Position numbers and translations under genes: made by a program. The notes beneath the pieces are model-generated. The model saw nothing but the letters and a program-made list of their open reading frames with translations, did no database searches and had not been told where the DNA came from. Positions 16,966 through 31,249 of a stretch of DNA of 64,000 bases are shown here, piece after piece. The DNA lies in NCBI GenBank assembly GCA_965213685.1, contig CBDBZY010000018.1, positions 704,001 to 768,000 on the forward strand, written 5' to 3'. The stretch is from a bacterium (GTDB lineage: Bacteria > UBA8248). Numbering within the stretch: the first letter of the stretch is position 1; every line of letters begins with the position of its first letter.

Positions 16966-17403
16966 ACTCAGAACGACTGAGTACGGACAATGATAGCTAT
17001 GGGACTACATGTACCGCTGCATAGGAAACCCTCACAGAGCAAGATTGCGTGGGAACTCACTGCTAGACTCCAACTTGTGACCAAGCCTTCGTTTGGCTCT
17101 GTGTATGTGGCAGTTGAAGAGTTACTGTAAGCCATCAGTGTCACTGTGTGTGTTTGAATGTTGTAGATACTGTAGGCCATCACTGTGTTTCATACACGTA
17201 CATGTACATGTATGCATGTACGTTGAGTGCAGGCCACTCAGGAGGGGCACCTAGTGCTGTGAGTGATTGAGGGTGTACCAGAGAAACCTTATTTTGTTTG
17301 AGAGTGATGTTGCATGAAGGTCTGGGTAGTGGGAGCTTTGGTTTCAGCATACAGCTTGGACGTTTGTACATTTTAACTGCTTCACTGTACAATTTTCAAG
17401 CTA

Positions 17404-17459
<56 letters not shown>

Positions 17460-18026
17460 ACAAGATAACCTGTCCTCCTCCCTCCCTCCATCCCTCCCTC
17501 TCCCCCTCCCTCCTTCCATCCCTCCCTCCCTCTCTGGCTCAGGCTTCGAAGTCTCTTTCCCCTACCACTTGGAGTGGCTCTACCTGGGAGGAAACAAGAT
17601 CCAGGTAGCCACCCACCTTCCTTCCCACCCTCTCTCTCCCTCTCTCCCTTCTTCCTCCCTCCCTCCGTCTCTCCCTCTCTCTCTCCCTCTCTCCCTATCT
17701 CCCTCTCTCCTCTCTTCCTCCCTCCTTCACACTCTCCTTCCCTCCCTCCCTCCCTCCCTGCCTTCACCCACACAAGCTCTCCAACACATGCACACATATG
17801 ACAATTCCTAAACCACAAGCCACTGCTCTCTTCCTAATAAGGCACACCCATACAGCCACCAGTTGTGTGTGTGCATGTGCTGAGGTGCTTCAGTGTGTGT
17901 GTGTGTGTGTGGAAGGGAAACAAAGAAGGGAAGGGAAGGAGGGGTAGGGAGGGGAATGTACATGTACATGGGCCTCTACTAGGTGTGCTAATCTACATGT
18001 ACTGCACCATGCAACAAAATTGTCTG

Positions 18027-18115
<89 letters not shown>

Positions 18116-18321
18116 TCTCTGACCCCTCACCCCTCACTTCACTCCTCACAGATGCTGGATATCCTGGAACAAATCATCAAATCCAGAGGTTCTGTATGTG
18201 AAGCACTCTATTTGCTGCCCACCGACCCATATTCATGAGCAATCGATGACTGAGGCACAGATACACTGAAGGTTTCCTTTGCTTGACATTTTTCCACCTG
18301 TGCTTTCTCTTGTGTCTGTTT

Positions 18322-19137
18322 GAGAGTGTATAAATGCTGGGCTGGACTGGACTGGATTACTAATTTAAGCATGCAAGTGTATTGGGACTTGGGAGAGTGG
18401 TCTGCGGGAACACTGGAAGACTTGCCATCACTTAATGCCCACTCTGGTCACCCTTTGCAGCCTCATTCTCAGGCCTTGCACTCATTTCCAGATAGAAAAA
18501 AGCTACACATACACTGTACACATACACTATGAGGAGAGATAGATCCGCAAATGGAGAGCACTGGTCTGGGAACCAGACTCACCATGTACAGATCATTTGC
18601 ACACTAGAACAAGAAAATTTAGAACACTGGAAGACTTTCCATCACTTAATGCCCACTCTGATCACCCTCTGCAGCCATAATTATTCTCAGTCCTTGCACT
18701 CATTTCCAGATAGGGTGCATGCACATGCGATATGGGGAGAGATTGGTCCGCAAATGAAGAGCACTGGTCTGGGAACCAGATCTCACCATTTAGAGACTGT
18801 TTACACACTAGGGCAAGAAAATTTGGTTGATGAACAAGCCTCACTCATAATTGTAATGAGTACTGTTCTACTGTGTGCAAGTGAGCTCTAAATGGTGAGT
18901 CTGGTTCCCAGACCAGTGCTCTCCATTTGTGGACCAGGTTCTCCTCATAGTGCATGCATGTGCACCATGTCTGGAAACAAGTGCAAGGTCTGAGAATGAG
19001 GCTGCAGAGGGTGATCAGAGTGGGCATTTCGTGATGGCAAGTCTTCCAGTGTTCTCCGCAGACCACTCTCTCAATACGCGTGCATGCTTAATTAGCTAGT
19101 CCAGTATTCCAGTCCAGTCCATAGTTTATACACTCCA
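18322..19137. mobile_element. Foldback-type element with roughly 280-bp inverted arms and a tandem duplicate of the left arm; partial copies at about 13550-13990 and 61635-61880
   Basis: GAGTGTATAAA...GGAGAGCACTGGTCTGGGAACCAGACTCACCAT occurs forward twice and reverse-complemented once (ending TTTATACACTC). Confidence 0.7.
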
Positions 19138-20959
19138 GTTCAGTTTGCCAGTCTCTCTCTCCTGCCAGCCTGTCTATCTCTCTGCCTGTCTCTCTGTCTG
19201 TCTGTCTCTGTCTCACTGTCTGTCTGTTGTCTGTTCTGCTGTCTATTGGTTTCTACACTCGTTCTGTTTGCTTGTCTGCCTGTCTGTCTGCCAGTCTCCC
19301 TCTCTGTCTGGCTCTGTCTCCCCGTCCATCTGTTTGTCTGTTCTGCTGTCCCTATTGGAACTCTCTCTGCCTTTCATATTTCTTTTCCTTCTCACCACAG
19401 AGCAAGTATAGATGTGCCACTTCATTTTGATGGTGGGTCAGTGGAATCTCCCGACTACAAGTGTGGCTACAAGTACACTGCAGGCAAGTATAGCAGCCTT
19501 TCATGCAGCCACAGAGAGCAAACGGTGGCTATCCTCTCAGAGTGAGTGGTTCTGGTGAGATACATGTCCACTGCACACATCAATCACTGATACTTGTCCA
19601 CTGCAGTGGCTGTTCTCAGCTGCGTTGACGGGTGGGAAGAGACAGTGAGGAAGGAATTACTGAAGCTGAGACAAGAAACATTGTTGACATCATGACTGCT
19701 TTTAAATTCATTGTGAATGTATACTGTTATGTACATGTAATTTCTCCTGCTTCCTCTGCCACTTCCTGCGCGCGCAACATTAATCACAGTAGCGTACTGA
19801 TATACCATAGATATCCCATGAGTACTGATATACCATAGATATATGCTGTTATGTACATGTACATGTAATTAATTTTCTCCTGCCACTTCCTGCGCAACAT
19901 ACCGCGTATAAAGGGCTCACAGTGGCGTTTAACTCCATGAGTACTGATATACATGTACATGTGCCATAGATATCCCATGGATGGGACTTTGAACTCGTGT
20001 GAATAGCAGATCCTTTGGTACGTTTGTTGATGCGTAGCTCCACGGATGAAGAAGGAAAGGTCGACATAAAAACGATGGCCGTTTCGAAAAAGATGAACGT
20101 GTGAAGACGTGCGTTTCCAAGACGTTAGAGACTTACATGTACGCGTACCGCGTACTGCCGCGGGTGAGCTGCATAAGATCTTCCAGCTTGCCTGGACACA
20201 AAGGCATGTACGCGTACCGCGAAGAAGCGGCATTTCAGGAACCGAGCAGTGAGTGTGTGCTCTCACTCTCACGCTGTTGACAGTCTCTCTCACTGACGGA
20301 CGTTAGACATTAGACAGTGTTGGTGTCAGTCTTATACATGTCTACTCACTTGCTCTGCATACGCACATTATGCATACATATTGCTGTACATGTACATGTT
20401 ACGTTGTCTCTACTACTGCTACATGTACCATCTTTCATTTTCTTGTTATACCTCATTCCTCTACCTCAAACTTTGTCTATTCTATTCCTATTCCTATCAC
20501 ATATTGAGAGCCGCTAGTTATATGCACGTCTTGCGTATGCATGCACATTTCTATTTACTCTCCCTCCCTCCCTCCCTCCTCACTATCTCTGTCCTTCTCA
20601 TTGACAAGGACATTTTGATATTTTAGTATTACTGCCAGTCAAAAGAATGTTCCAACATACACATATACATGTAAATCCTGTTGGAGAACAATGTTCTCTT
20701 GTCAGACTGTACTAACTGTTGTTAACTGTGATGTCATCTGTGTGTCTCTTTATAGCATGTATAGTGATGTAATGGTGTAGGCTTATTTAGAACTTTGTTT
20801 TGGCTGTGTAGTTCCAGCCACATGTTCATAAGAGTCAGTGCAATCACTTATTGTCAAAGCCGAGTCAGTCGCAAGTGCTTCTCTTTGCAACATACCCATC
20901 CCTTAATTACACCATTCACATTTCACTTGGTATATTCCTACCCCACAACCACATGTGTG

Positions 20960-21053
<94 letters not shown>

Positions 21054-21253
21054 TACAAGATACAACCCCCTGTGACACCTTACCTTTTACCTTCCCCTTC
21101 AGCTGATACCAATTCTTCCTCTTCCTTCCCCCACTTCCCCCCTTTGTTCCTCATCCTTACCTTTCTCCCTCTCCTGCTCACCCACCAAGATAAGATACTA
21201 TTCCAGCTATGTCCCTGCCCCATGCTGCGATGAGCTAGTGAGGTGGTGCCTAC

Positions 21254-21340
21254 CTTCACTCTCTCTCCTCTGCCGTTCTTCCTCCAACTTGGACCCACTC
21301 AGGACATTAGTTAGTGTCCACTTATCTTCCTCTTCACACT
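21254..21340 (-). CDS. Gene A exon following the Kelch propeller (phase 1-1 link toward Roc)
   Basis: 87 nt between CAG and GTAGG; reads ECEEEDKWTLTNVLSGSKLEEERQRRESE. An identical-looking exon lies at 63746-63832. Confidence 0.7.
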
Positions 21341-21655
21341 CTGCAGTGCAGGCAGAGATACATGTGCAGTTACCTAGGCAACACCCTTGCCAGTAATTAG
21401 TGCAGTACTCCTCCCTCTGCCCACAGAGGAGATCACATTACATCATCCACTCACACCTCACATCCTGTGCATAGTGCACTATGTACCCACAGGCAGGACA
21501 TGCCACAGCCTTGTACATGTACATACCATCTCACCACATCTCCTACTGCTACTGCTGCCCACAGCATCACTCCACAGTGAGCAGTGTGGCCAGTCCCCCA
21601 CTCCACTCACTGCCACAGTGCCCATCATGCTGCCTATCACACTCACTCCACTCAC

Positions 21656-23448
21656 CAAACTCCAGGACTGTGGTGTCAGAGAGCAGCAGAAAATCATGTG
21701 ATGAGGTATACTTGGTAAGCTTATTGGAGACTCCAGCCACAGCCACTACCAACTTCTTTGTAGGAGTGAGGTGGATCACTCCACCACCATGCCCCCACCG
21801 TGGAGTCAGGGATCCTGGGGGAAGGAGTACCTGTAGGGAGGGGAACAGGAGAACACTGAAATGTACAGCAGTCCACACAATTGTCTGCTACTCCACTGCT
21901 TACTGTTGGCTGTCAGTGGAAGTGTGTTGTGCATTATCTCAAAGGCTGCACATCACCTCCTACACACCCACTGCACTCACTGCTGTCCAGTAATGGAGCA
22001 GCCCATTCCTCACTACTCTCTCCCTCTCCATACCACACAACTCTACACCACATGACTTCTCTACATGCACTGCACACACTGCCATATGGTCTCCACATGC
22101 CAACCTCTATCCACTCACATGCCACACCTACTCACCTGGGTTGGCTGCACAGGACAATACCGCACACACCACAACACACCATCACTACTGGTATAGGGGC
22201 AGGCTTACAAGGGGAAGTGTTCAGCTAAGCACTAGCCACACATGCAGTGTGAAGGTCATTGCCACACAGCAGCACCACTAAGGGGACATCAACACACTCA
22301 CTGCCTCATGAGCTCACAGCTCACTCACCTCCTCCCACTGGATGGCATTAATATTGAAGAGCCACACATCTCCCAGTGGCTCGCCTGTATTGGTCACACC
22401 TCCCACCATCACCATACATGGATGTGGTGGGTCTCTGTCTGGATCCCACAGACTGTAGGCTGTGTGTCTAGTCCTCTCCTCAGGCCATGGCTGGCCTGTC
22501 TGAGGTAGCACTGGTCCAGTCCAGTGCTGGAGAGGAAAAACAATTTGAACACACTTTGAGAACATGTAATCCACTCACTTATGCACATGCTCCAGCTCAG
22601 TAAGGCACCCTCCCCTCTCTACACTGCCTGTGTGGACTCACACTACTAGCTAGCCACACATGCCAGCCAATGTACATGGAACATGTACCTGCAAACTTCT
22701 TCTCCCATGCACACTGACTGGCATGTACACTGTACATACATGTACACTGTATGTAGTCTACATGTAGATTCTATCTCATCATGATAAGAGCAACATCTTG
22801 TCCACTACTCTATCAGTTGCTATGCATGTACACGCCACTATTGGGTCCCACCAGAGGCAATATATTACTGTATGTATGCCCATATTCACGTGTGTATGCT
22901 CATATTCATGTACATGTGTGTGCATGTGATGGTGTCTTGTGCAGGGGACAGTGTCTCCTGTAGCACTGCTCTACATGTATGTACTGCCAGACCTGCCACT
23001 CCTCATTCCAACTCACAGGCCATGCTCCCCTCTCTACACTGGCTCATGGCTGATGACTGAACACACACTCTCTTCCCTGCACTGACTCATACCAGGTATC
23101 TAGGCCCACACTAGCCTCACATCACATCATCGCAATCATATTACACTGATAGATAAATGTACGCACATGGAGAAGGTACTAATTATGTGTTTTATTGTTC
23201 AAACAACTCAACTACATAAGCAGTAGGCCACAGGTGATCTCAGACAGTACATTATTAATTAGGTACAACTATATCTCAGCCACTCACCCATGCCACAGTG
23301 TCCAGGATGAACACTGCATTTGTCCTCCTCATCCTCTCTGTATCCCCCCCACCAAACCACACGACTCTCCTCCTGTCCACTCTAGTGAAGATCATGCCAC
23401 TAGATGGAGGAGGAGTCCTACCAGTGGTGGGTGGAGTGGACCACTGAC
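21656..23448 (-). CDS. Gene A Kelch-repeat exons (23288-23448, 22329-22526, 21656-21830)
   Basis: Kelch blades VVWFGG...VFILDTVAW, RTRHTA...MVMVGG...DVWLFNINAIQW and PRWGHGGGVI...VAVAG. GTGAG donors, CAG acceptors and consistent phases. Confidence 0.85.
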
Positions 23449-25513
23449 CTGGAGGGGGAGGGAGGGAGTGGTCTGAGACTAGCCACACCCACTGGCCTGG
23501 GGACACTGCTCACATGATCCACCAACACCCACCAGGTAAGGCACAAGGCACTCTGCTCCTCACAACCATCTACACCACTACATACTGACATGTACTAGTC
23601 AACGTGTGAGGAGCTCTGCAATACTCTCACTGTACTTGCTCTATTTGATTCTTTTACCATAAAATCGAACTCTTTTGCTGTTGGGGTAGGCGAATGGGAA
23701 ATATGTAAACAATTAACTTCTTATTCACAGACTGTAGTGGTATTGTGAGCATGGGAGTGAATACAGTTCATAGATGACACAGAAGAGGTGCCTGCCTCTG
23801 CAATGCTCTGACAACACTTCATTTGAATATTTTACTATGAAATATTTTGTTGGGGCCAATGGGAACTATCTCAAATAAGTAAACATTGAAACTTCCTGTT
23901 TATTAGTTGTTTATCATAGACAGTGGTGTAGTGCTATTGTGGGCATGGGAATGAATGCAATTCATAGTGTACACAGAGGAGGTGCCTGGCTGACTGTCCA
24001 AACATGAGCATGCCAGGCTGATTGCCTGACATGATACAGGTACATACATGTACATAGCAGAGGGTAGGGGATGTGACTTGTGTAGAGCAGCATACATAGT
24101 CACATCATTTGCATGCCCACCTCATGTGGTGAGAGGTAGCATGTCTGTGCATATATGTATGCTAGAATAACTGACATGGTTACCATGTACACAGGAGGAG
24201 AGAGTGCTTCCTTATTAGGAAGCATACTATTACCATGCCTGGCCAGGCTGTGTGGGTGTTTTTCAACTGTCTATGATGGGGCACAGAGACCACCTCCACC
24301 CTAACTAACAGCTCATCCTCAAGCAGCCACTGCTAGAGAGACAGCACTGCAGCACAGAAGAGACAGCCTAGCACCAAACATTACTAACTAGAGGAGTGAT
24401 GCAGCTGAGGAGGGCCTTGGAAACAAGAGAGACATGTCTACAGCAGATGAGCTGATATCAGCTCCCACGACTGCTCCTGAGACTGCACTGGAGGGAGAAG
24501 CTCGGCTGCAGTAGAGACACATTATATATAATTGCTTAAAAATAGATTGGCCTCTGAGACAATAGACAGGGGAGAGGTCCAGCTATGCAGTCCAGTTACA
24601 GTTGATAGCAACTCCTCAGCATGAGATATCTCACTGACAGTACCAGACAGAGGGAGCTGCAGAAAGTCACAGCTACAAGAAGCTCAGGTGCAGTAGAGAA
24701 ACGGATTGCTTTGAGGCTGTTACTTAATGGACTTTGAGACAGTAGAGACAGTAGAGAATGGAGAGGTCCAGCTGTGCAGTCCAGTTAGAGTTAAGAGCAA
24801 CTCCTCAGCATGAGATATATCTCACTGACAGTACCAGACAGAGGGAGTTGCAGAAAGCCATAACTACAGTGCATGTGTACATGTACATAAGGGGTAACTC
24901 AAAGTTTGCCATTCATATGGAGGGCACACTCCCACTAGGGGGTCTGGGAGAATGCCACTGAGTGAAGTATTGAAGTACAGACACTCTCAGATGGATTCTG
25001 AGGCATTCTGCAAGTAGTCATAGCCATTCCCATTATTTTGTTGGGGAGGGGGAGGGATGAAGTTGCTTTCTTGGGGGAGGGGGTGATATTCTAGGCCTTT
25101 TGCTCCCCCTGCATGAACCCCTGCTGATTTTGCAACACAACTGTACCCCATACACATGGCCACATGTATAATCATGCATACCTTACTGCAGCTAATGATA
25201 TCCTAAAATTTGAGGTACATAAGAGAGGGCAAAGAAATGGTATAACTGATCTGCAGCACATGACCACACTTATGCATATTACATGATGCACTACGGTAAT
25301 TGGTTTCTAATCCTCAAGTACACATACTTTGAGTAAGGTTGTCATGCTCTGGCAGCAATCAGTTGTCTCTATCTGCACTGAGTGTGTGGTCTGTGTCTGG
25401 TGTGATTACATGAGGCCATGTGTAGAGGTCAGCTCATACATGCAGTGGACCAGTTGTAACCTCATGCACAGCATGTGAGGTAGAGTAAAGGTACTGACAG
25501 TCCATGCACACAC

Positions 25514-26048
25514 CTGACTCAGAGTTGTAGTACAGGAGCTGATTGGTGTATCCTCGACCTTCACTGTTCCCTGGAACAGGAATGAAGCCTGTCATTGGTT
25601 GGTGGGTAGGACGTTCTGCCAACCCTCCAGCAGTGAGTAGATCTCCATTAGTCAGTGACACAAGGCCAGAGTTCATAGTACGTAGCATTTGGCCAGTGCT
25701 GACAATTCTCCTCCATACAAAGTTTTGGGAGTTGAAAACAGAGAGCTCATTGCAGAAGCCTGGGTCACCACAGTGGCCGCCCATGAAGTACACGTTTTTG
25801 TGGTACGAGGTGACTGCAGCACCTAGGTACCATGATGGCAGCTCACCAGATGTCGGATATTTCTTCCATGATAGTGACACACCATCGAACACCTCCACGT
25901 CTTGTGGAAGTGTGACACTTTGTTTTTGCTGGAATGACTTAAGCATGCCCCTAAACATCCAGAGTTGTGAGCCAATTGAAAAGGTTGGTGCATCATAACG
26001 TTCCTCAGGATGGTATGAGCCAGTTGGCTGTGCAGGAGGCTCAGCCAT
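25514..26048 (-). CDS. Gene A first recognisable coding exon: Kelch repeats
   Basis: MAEPP...VEVFDGVSLSW...VYFMGG...LSVFNSQNFVW...LLTAGG...TNQLLYYNSES. Phase-1 GT donor; an upstream CAG acceptor at about 26057 means further 5' exons are possible. Confidence 0.85.
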
Positions 26049-28222
26049 GACTGGATCTGGGGAGAGGGGGGAAGGGGAGATAGCCACTGAGTGAAGTTTC
26101 AGCTACGATATTACAAGCCCGTAGGCAGGGGGGGTGCGTAGGGTGCATACGCATCCGACCCATTTGCACAGAGGTCCACCTTGAGCATTTTACGTGTGCA
26201 GAGCGAGCGTGTCACGCCTACTTTCAAAGAATTGAGTAATACAATTATGCACATGTGTGCCCACATGGAACTAGACCGTATTCGGTGAACACTCATGCGC
26301 GAGCGAAAGTATTATCCCTTCCTCCCCTACCCCTTTCGCTCACGTATGCGTGTTTACGGAATGCGGTCTGGCTCACGAGACTACCCACATGCTTACTGTA
26401 CTGCGCCAATGCTTGAATTAGAGTCTTTGCGCATATAAGTAGCATTATACATCTGTGTGTACGATACAGTATTACTTAACAGTTTATTGTAAAATATTTG
26501 TAAGTATACACCACCTTTGAAAAGTGTATGACACACCACTTCATGTAATTGTAACATTCTCTGAATGAGTAAGTTAGCCATATTTCATAAGGTCCACTTA
26601 ATTAAAGAATGCACCCACCCACTCCGTTTGCTGCCTACGGGCTTGCAATACACATTTGTAGAAGTACACATGTATATGTGAACATCTTTCAGGTCTGATT
26701 TGAGACAGTGGAACAAGATTGTAAGCTACAAACACTTGTAGTACGTGCAGCATGTGCAGTAGGCATATCTCAACACACGTGGGTATCAGTGCACTGGGCA
26801 GTGCTTCAAACTGTGTAAGGTAAACTAGGCAAATGCAGTCCAGTGTTGTGGCCAGGCTCACACCACTTGCAAGAGGCTGCTAAACTGAGAGGAGAAACCC
26901 CTTTATGTAGCCTTACCATCTAACTAGGTACTGAGGTTTCTATGCACAGTGGGGGAAATCCCATGATGTATTGTACTATGAGCTAATCCCATTGTGTGAT
27001 GGATTTCGTGGCTGCACACAAGGACATTCTGGAGCCATCTCATGCTGCTTGATGTCTGACCTTTATCACTCTATGCAAATGCTAGACATGTAACTCAAAC
27101 GGTGAAGTTACCATGAAGATACTATGTATACACTATCCGCAGACCATTACAGTTGCTGACATGAGGAATGAGGAGCAGGAGTTTTGTGCAGTGGGTGGAG
27201 ACCTGATGCAGCAATGAGTGAAATACTATGCACATTGAAGGAATGTCAGCGCACAATAATAGCGAGACCTGGCATGTAGGGGTGGGAGTATAGAGCAAGG
27301 AATGGTGCACTAACAGTAGCGGGTTCAAGCGGTAGAAACGTCTCATTTATTAGAAACCAAGTCAAGGGGCGATGGCTACTCTGAGCGTTACAGTCCTACT
27401 GTTAGGGGAGAGGCTTGCTATGGTACACAGAGGGATGTATTCTGAGCCAAGGACTGTCCGCTGAGCAGGGCAAAGGTTAGGGCCGCGCTTGTATATGTGA
27501 GAAAGCAAGTGACGCTCGGACTGGCAACGGGGAAAGGATGCTCGGATCATCCGATGTGTGACGGAACAAGGTCTGAGAGCTAGGCTTGACACTACTCTAG
27601 TCCTACCATGCAATCACAAGAGTGACAAAATGTCTAAAGGCTCTTGCCACTTGTTCCCACAGAGATACACATTGTGGCTTCGCGATCGCTGCCGGCCGCA
27701 GCGCTTATGATGTATGCAAAGGTAGGCGGAGATCTATACCCGCGCAACTTCTAAGCCTTTGGCCGTAAACTTATTATGGCTCACTCTTTTCTGGGTTCTC
27801 CTAGCCAGTTGAATGCTCCCTTTGTTTTATCTTGCACGGCGAGGTTCACTCCGATCTGCCCCACCCTTTGCTCGATAGTTTCCTCTTAGTATACGGATAT
27901 ACGCGACGTTGAGTCTCATGCAAAACCGGAAGTTCCGTGGGGAATATTGCTCAGCTCACATGAGGGCGACAAGCCAGCAATTCGAAGGCGCCGGCAAAAC
28001 GCTGTGTTTCTGAGGTGAATATTGAGCTATGGCGTTCAAGACTGTCACTTTCTACTGTCTCTCTACTGTATGGCTCGATCTGTTGTCTTTTATTCATTAA
28101 TTTTGTCGTATGTTTGCTAGTTTGCGAACGTGGAAGCGTCGATCCTAGTCGTTTTTTTTTTTCCAGCACATTTGACGGCTATTGTTTTTACGTCAGCTCT
28201 CGCTTGTTTAGATGCTCCAGAT

Positions 28223-28270
<48 letters not shown>

Positions 28271-28729
28271 ACTCACACGCACATTTTCGCCATCCACGCC
28301 TACTAAAGAGACACGTGAGTTACTCAGTACACGAATCAGGCGGCAAGTATTCATAGCACCTAGTGTAGCTCGCCTCCTATCAAGAATACTATTGCTAAGC
28401 ATAAGTATTCTAGCTATTTGCCTTGAGCGAGCCAAACGTATTTTCCGTGTACGCATGCGCTCGAGACTATAACTTTTGACGTTGCGTGCTCGTGTTCGCA
28501 ATGGTTTGCCACAATGAGAGTCTGGCCCCTTGTATGAACTACATTCCGACCCTTCTGCATAATTATTATTATAGGCTGTCACTTTCAGGCCTGATTTTTC
28601 TTTCCGACTATACTTTTGTTTCATGCATATTTCTACTATGATCTCTAGAGGTGAATAAAGTGGCATGTGAGAGGGGCATAGCTATGACAACAAAGAGTTG
28701 GTACAGCATAGTACATAGAAAAACGACAC

Positions 28730-31216
28730 AGACCATTTTGGAATACACATCAGACTTGTTCTCAAGCCATCTACTATGCACCCAAGAAGCTCAAAACCTT
28801 GTTGTAGAATGATATGGAGATATGCTCATGCAGACTTTCCTCTTGCACAGCAACTACTTTTTGAAGTAGACTGGGACAGGATCATTGCAGATGATGTTGA
28901 CTCCTCATGCCTGAATTGGCAATCCAAATTCCTTGAAATAATGGAGATCTGCATCCCCAAAAAAGTACTTCCCTCTGTGCAGGCAATGTGCCGAAAAAAT
29001 GCTCTATTTAAACGGGCCATGAGAAGTAGAGCTGATTCTGACTATGCCAAATACCGTGAAGCAAGGAATAATGTTGTGAGTAGTCTCAGATCTGCCAAGA
29101 GTGCCTACTTTCATAAACCATCTAATTCTAAGAAGTTTTGGCAAGCAGTGAAGTATCTCAAAAATAACTGCTCTTCTATCCCCACCCTGACACACCACAA
29201 CGTAAGTTATGAGTCCGATGAAGAAAAAGCTGCTGTTCTCAACTCACATTTTATCAGTTGCTTCAACAATACTGTTGAACCATTACAAGTACCAGATGAA
29301 GAAACATACATTTCTCACCAAGTCCCTGTGGATCTGTCCAACATTATGTGCAGTGAAGAGGAAGTTGAAGCAATGCTTCATTCACTTGACACTACTAAGG
29401 CAAATGGCAAGGATGGAATTTCAGCTCGAATGCTCAAGGAAACTCCTTCAATAACAAAACTGTTTAATTTATCTATCCAACTCTGTCGTATACCTCATGC
29501 CTAGAAAGATGCAATTGTTATGCCTATTCCTAAAAAAGCAGGGTGCCAAGACCCCCACAGAATTTAGACCAATATCCTTGCTCCCAATTCTAAGCAAGGT
29601 CCTTGAAAGACACTTCTATTTGCTAATCTCAGAGCACATAAGTGACCACTCTCCCCTTTCTACCTGCCAATTCAGCTTTCAGTCTGGGAAGTCTACCATT
29701 TCTGCCTTACTGTCAGTGACACAGGACTGGTTCAGACAGCTGGAGAAGAGACAAGAGATAGGGGCAGTGTTTTTTGATTTAAAAAAAGCTTTTGACTCTG
29801 TTCCACATCTCTCACTGGTTGATAAGCTTTATAAACTTGAACTTCATCGTTATATCATTAAATGGGTTCATCACTATTTAGCTGACAGAAAATAGAGTGT
29901 GGTGGTGAATGGAGCATCGTAGTTCCGTTTTAGTGACGTACATTACGCGTCGTGCGGTTGTATACTTTGCGTGCGGGCAGTGCAGCAGCGCAAGAAAAGG
30001 ATGGCAGCACTGCACTGCCGTCCAATAAGAGGCTGGAAGTGAACCTCCGACGAAGAAGCGGCGCTTACGGAAGAAGGAAATGGTGGAGCTCCGCCGGTGT
30101 TTGTTGTCGATCGAGCCTCCACGTTATAAAATAAGGCGTCCCGAAGCGGTTAGGTGTCCCGGCATCGTCAAATCTACCCCGCTTTTGCGGCAAACTGCTA
30201 GCATTGTCGCTAGCTTAGCTATCTAGGTCAAGCGCCGCGCCGCTCTGTAGCCTCTGAGTGAGTGAAAATTTTCTCAGATCGCTATCACGGAATGCGTAGG
30301 TGGCATGGTGCGCCACTCTGACGCTTGATTGAACGAGTGGTTTCCATATTTGGAAGTTAGCTGGCTAATGATTTGGATTTGGATGGCACTCGGGTGTAGG
30401 CGGTAGTTACACGCTCCTTCGCGGCTTCGCCGCTCATAAGCTCCTGATACAACCAAGTGTATATTCATGTTGGTGTCTCGAAAGAATAGGACCAGCATTC
30501 CAAGTGTCACCATCTCTCTCTACGGAGTACCACTTGAGAACGTCACCACTTTCAAGTACTTAGGTGTACTGCTGTCTTCTGGTCAAGTCATATACAAAAA
30601 AAAATTGTTCAAAGGCAAGGCAGCTATTGGGACTCCTTTATAGGAGATTTTACAGACATTCAAGTGAACAAACTCTACGTCAACTCTACATTTCGGTAGT
30701 ACTTCCACATTTGGAGTATGGTTCATCTGTGTGGTCTCCCCATCTGCAAAAGGATGTCGCTATGTTGGAAAAACCTCAACATTTTGCTTGTAAAATATGC
30801 ACAAAACTATGGGATTCCAACTACTATGAGCTCCTTGACCGACTTCGAGTTCCAACCCTAGCTAATCGCAGGCTGCACACTGACCTGTGTTTGCTGTATA
30901 AGATCGTCTATGGAATAATATACTTTCCACCTGACATAATCATTTCTAGTGCCAGGGTCACACACAGTACTCACTGTCACTTACTTCACCAGCCATTTGC
31001 ACATACAGATGCCTACCTTAATTCTTTTGTTCCTAGGTCTATATCTTTGTGGAACTCATTACCTAACTCTGTTCTATCATTATCCTCTTTCACTAGATTT
31101 CAGTGTACTTTATCATTATAATACCTTATAGGGTACACATTCTCATTAGCTCCTGTTACTCTGTGTATCCATGCTCTACAACTAAATTGTCATAGAAATT
31201 GTCATAGAAAAAAAAA
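28730..31216 (+). mobile_element. Degenerate CR1/L2-group LINE ORF2 (reverse transcriptase), with its core deleted or replaced by a P-like MITE
   Basis: GKDGISARMLK, FRPISLLPILSKVLE, VFFDLKKAFDSVPH, FKYLGV, LEYGSSVWSPH, NSFVPRSISLWNSLP and an A-rich tail. Confidence 0.9.
29918..30446. mobile_element. Left-truncated copy of the P-like MITE found intact at 43247-43846
   Basis: Highly similar to about 43318-43846, including the right TIR ...CGCCGCTCATAAGCTCCTG; the left TIR is missing. Confidence 0.85.
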
Positions 31217-31249
31217 GTAATGCAGAAAAAAGACAATGTGTACTGCAAT

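Noticed and set aside
24480-24870. About 200-bp tandem duplication in a Kelch intron (similar small duplications at 42620-43220 and 44090-44660)
   Set aside because: No consistent frame or recognisable domain; treated as ordinary local duplications.
27660-28000. CpG-rich stretch with a CCGGAAGT motif as the promoter of gene A (similar stretch at 37700-37900)
   Set aside because: The position is plausible, but it cannot be told apart from transposon-derived CpG-rich sequence without transcription start data.
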